This document shows, in pieces, positions 61,147 to 64,000 of a stretch of DNA of 64,000 nucleotides. Origin of the DNA: Nitrospinales bacterium (lineage in GTDB: Bacteria > Nitrospinota > Nitrospinia > Nitrospinales > VA-1); contig CBDCWG010000012.1 in the NCBI GenBank assembly GCA_965223345.1, forward strand, positions 2,912,001 to 2,976,000, in the 5' to 3' direction. Every line of letters begins with the position of its first letter. Within the stretch, counting starts at the first letter, position 1. The notes under the pieces were generated by a model. That model worked only from the letters and a program-made list of their open reading frames with translations. It was not told the origin of the DNA and did no database searches. The position numbers were made by a program, and so were the translations under genes.

Positions 61147-62358
61147 TCAGCTCTTGACCGGTGTGGTGGGAGGCGGCGAAGAAGCCTGCACCACCATGCC
61201 GGGCCGCACTTTCTGGCCCCCTTCGGTGATCACCCGCTCGCCGGTCTCCAGCCCCTCCTTGATGATCCAGTCGACGCCGTTTTTATCACCGACCACCACC
61301 GCACGTTTTTGCGCTTTGTTGTCGGTATCGACGACGAGCACGTATTTCCCGCTCTGGTCTTCCTGGATCGCGGCCTGCGGAATCAGTTTCTGAGAAGAAA
61401 CGTCGCCCCGCCGCACCAGCACTTTCACGAACTGTCCCGGCATCAGCAATCGCCGTGTGTGCGGCAGGTCGGCTTCTCCCGGTAAAACATTGGTGCCGGG
61501 ATTTTGAAAAACCGCACGTATGGTGATGGTTCCGGTTTTTTCATCGACGGTGTGACTGATAAAGTCCTGGGTCCCCTCAAAGGGATACATCGTGCCGTTG
61601 GGAAGCTCGATCTTGGGGATGAAGGTCGTGGCTTTTCCCTTTTTGATCTGGCTTTGAAATTCCGTCAAAACATCCGCATCGTTCACAGTGAACAACACGT
61701 AGACAGGGTCCATCTGCACGATGGTGGCGAGGGTTCCCGAATCCGGCCCCACCAGATTGCCGACGTTCACCGACACGCGGCCGATGCGCCCGTCGATGGG
61801 GGAACGGATCTCCGTGTAGCTGAGGTTCAATTTGGCCCGCTCCAGATTGGCCTGGGCGTTCTTCACGCCCGCCAGGGCGCGCTGGTGGTCGCTTTTCGCC
61901 TTGTCGAGATCGGATTGCGACACGCCTCCCTTGCGTACGCCTTTCAGGCGCTTCAGATAGGATTGCGCGTTGTCCAGCGTGGCCTGGGCATCGGAGAGGT
62001 TGGCTTCCGCCGCCTTGACCTCGATTTGATACTGGGCCTGTTCGATGATGAACAAAATATCGCCTTTTTCTACGTGTTCCCCTTCCTTGAAGTTTCGTTT
62101 TTCCAGATACCCCTGCACGCGCGCCACCAGATTCACGGTTTTCAAAGCGGCGGTCCGCCCCACCAGTTCGTAGGTGGTGGTGACTTCCTTTTCGACGACC
62201 GGAGTAACCCGCACCGCCGGGGGCGGCCGTTTTTGGGACATCGCCGCACCGCTTTTTTCGTTCTGGCAACCCCAAAGCAACACCAGGACGGCAAGCAGCC
62301 ACAGGTAGTGAATGAGCCGCGGCCGTTGCGATCGAAAGGCTTTCAAATCGGCTTTCAT
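61147..62358 (-). CDS. RND periplasmic adaptor (membrane fusion protein)
   Basis: Lipobox [25 protein letters not shown]...RA.F.NP, PGQF. Confidence 0.96.
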   Translation of the reverse strand: MKADLKAFRSQRPRLIHYLWLLAVLVLLWGCQNEKSGAAMSQKRPPPAVRVTPVVEKEVTTTYELVGRTAALKTVNLVARVQGYLEKRNFKEGEHVEKGDILFIIEQAQYQIEVKAAEANLSDAQATLDNAQSYLKRLKGVRKGGVSQSDLDKAKSDHQRALAGVKNAQANLERAKLNLSYTEIRSPIDGRIGRVSVNVGNLVGPDSGTLATIVQMDPVYVLFTVNDADVLTEFQSQIKKGKATTFIPKIELPNGTMYPFEGTQDFISHTVDEKTGTITIRAVFQNPGTNVLPGEADLPHTRRLLMPGQFVKVLVRRGDVSSQKLIPQAAIQEDQSGKYVLVVDTDNKAQKRAVVVGDKNGVDWIIKEGLETGERVITEGGQKVRPGMVVQASSPPPTTPVKS

Positions 62359-63935
62359 GATTTCGGCATTTTCTTTTCCGCGCTCTCGACACCACCCATG
62401 AGCGGGTCCCAGCCGCCACCCAGAGCTTTGTAAAGCCGGATCAGGTTCGAGGTGACGACGCCTTCACTGACCGCAAGCTGGTCCTGGAAACTGAACAGCG
62501 AACGTTCCGCTTCCAGCACGCTGATGAAATCGGACAACCCCGCTGTGTACAGATCCCGCGCCAGATCGGCCGCCCGTTCCGCCGCCTGGGTGGAATTGAG
62601 CAGCGACCGGCGTCGGACCTGCTCGTCCGCATAGGCGATCAGCGCGTCCTCCACGTCTTTCACGGCGGTCAGGATCGCCGCTTCGTACTGGATCAACGCC
62701 TGCTCCTGAATGGCGTCCTCCACCTTGATGTTCTGGCGGATGCGCCCAGCATCGAACACGTTCCAGGTGATCTGCGGGCCGATCTGAAACACCGCCGCCG
62801 GTCCGGTGAACAGGCTGCCGGCGGACAGGGATTCCAGCCCCACCGACCCGAACAGGGTCAGCTTGGGATACAGGTCGGCTGTGGCCACACCGATGCGTGC
62901 GGTCTGCGCCGCCAGTTCCCGTTCCGCGCTGCGGATGTCGGGCCGGCGCCGCATCAGATCCGCCGGGACGCCGACGGCCACCTCGACGGGAGTGACGGGG
63001 ATCGGATCGAATTCGTCCAGTTCGGCGCTCAACGTGCCGGGGAACTGCCCCAGCAACACGGCGAGGTTGTTTTTCGCCTGCTCGATGCCCGTTTTCAGAG
63101 TCGGGATCTCCGACTTGGTGCTCTCCAGGTTGTATTTGGCCTGCTCAACCGTCAACGCGGTGGTCAACCCGGCATTCAGCCGGTCCTGCACGATCTGGTA
63201 GGTGTCTTCCTGGGCTTTGCGGTTCTTTTCGGCGGCGGCGAGGCGTGCCTGAAAGGAGCGCAGCTCGACGTAGTTCAACGCCACTTCCGCCACCAGGGTG
63301 ATCAGCGTGTCGTTCAACTGCTCCTGGCGCGACTGCACCGAAGCCACCGCCGATTCGACCGCCCGGCGCTTGCCACCGAAGATGTCCACTTCCCAGCTGG
63401 CGTCGAACCCGGTCGCGTAGAGATCGCTCTCGCCTCCCGTGCCGGTTTCCTCGCTGGTACCGATTTTGGTCACCGAAGCGCTGGTATCGACGGTCGGGAA
63501 TCGATCCGCCTGAGCGATGCCGCGGCGCGCCCGTTCTTCTTTCACGCGCGCCTGCGCGAGTTTCAGGTCGAGGTTTCCCTGCACCGCCTTTTCGATCAAC
63601 TTGGTGAGCAGCGGGTCTTCCAGGGTCTCCCACCAATACGGCAGCATTTCCGGAGGGACCTGCTTGGCAGGCAGGATGGGTTCCCCGTCCTTGGTTTCGG
63701 GCTTGGCCTCTGCGGGCGTTTTTTCGGGAGAGCTCTTTGCGGCGGCTTTGAAATCTTTAGGAACCTGCGTGTCGGGCGGCACGTAATCCGGCCCCACGGC
63801 GGCGCAGGCGGAAAGAAACAGCAACAGGCAGCCGGTAGCAGCTGAAATACGAATCGCGCAACCCAATCGAAGGACCGTCATGGTTTTCCAAGTAAATTCC
63901 GGGATTTTTTCAAATTTTACTTCAGCGGCTCTCAT
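62355..63935 (-). CDS. RND outer-membrane factor lipoprotein (NodT/OprM family)
   Basis: LSA|CAAVGPDY.PP, WW..L.DP.L, SWEVDIFG, RRPDIR.AE, LYKALGGGW. True start may be 63881. Confidence 0.96.
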   Translation of the reverse strand: MRAAEVKFEKIPEFTWKTMTVLRLGCAIRISAATGCLLLFLSACAAVGPDYVPPDTQVPKDFKAAAKSSPEKTPAEAKPETKDGEPILPAKQVPPEMLPYWWETLEDPLLTKLIEKAVQGNLDLKLAQARVKEERARRGIAQADRFPTVDTSASVTKIGTSEETGTGGESDLYATGFDASWEVDIFGGKRRAVESAVASVQSRQEQLNDTLITLVAEVALNYVELRSFQARLAAAEKNRKAQEDTYQIVQDRLNAGLTTALTVEQAKYNLESTKSEIPTLKTGIEQAKNNLAVLLGQFPGTLSAELDEFDPIPVTPVEVAVGVPADLMRRRPDIRSAERELAAQTARIGVATADLYPKLTLFGSVGLESLSAGSLFTGPAAVFQIGPQITWNVFDAGRIRQNIKVEDAIQEQALIQYEAAILTAVKDVEDALIAYADEQVRRRSLLNSTQAAERAADLARDLYTAGLSDFISVLEAERSLFSFQDQLAVSEGVVTSNLIRLYKALGGGWDPLMGGVESAEKKMPKS

Positions 63936-64000
63936 TGTTCAACCCTGTCAAAAATCAAAGAAATATCGGAATTCAGGTGGAAGCATACGGCACACGATCA

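Overview
A GC-rich bacterial chromosomal window. The gene mix (FGE-sulfatase-fold proteins, DUF1566, pentapeptide repeats, a sulfite reductase-TusA fusion, a fused membrane/spermidine-synthase protein) suggests a Nitrospinota/Nitrospirota-like chemolithotroph; this is inference, not tested. Positions 1-45094 are mostly core genes: yyaL-like (partial), mlaA, hisN-like, gltP, gltA, clpS, nfu, yraN, sir/nirA-TusA, yicC-gmk-hisC-mltG, panE, ggt, polA, kdsD, alaS and tRNA-Arg(CCG). Directly after the tRNA the sequence becomes visibly AT-richer and accessory. It carries a pilV/W/X-like minor-pilin trio behind a motif-rich promoter, a type-1-copper-motif protein, cydAB, a DUF2269-like protein, a type II sulfide:quinone oxidoreductase, an outer-membrane beta-barrel, a nitroreductase and a tripartite RND pump. 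No integrase, transposase, CRISPR array or rRNA was found, and I cannot demonstrate an unambiguous new system. Best leads: (1) a cydAB-SQR sulfide-to-O2 module whose CydA has His in place of the usual Q-loop Glu; (2) a nested composite of REP/MITE-like inverted repeats at 17784-18110; (3) a candidate sRNA with an anti-Shine-Dalgarno loop at about 10640-10735; (4) an orphan NHLP-leader-like protein; (5) a 27-residue-period coiled coil; (6) a half-size TauE; (7) two small membrane ORFs missing from the ORF track. All family calls come from motif recognition by eye, not database searches.
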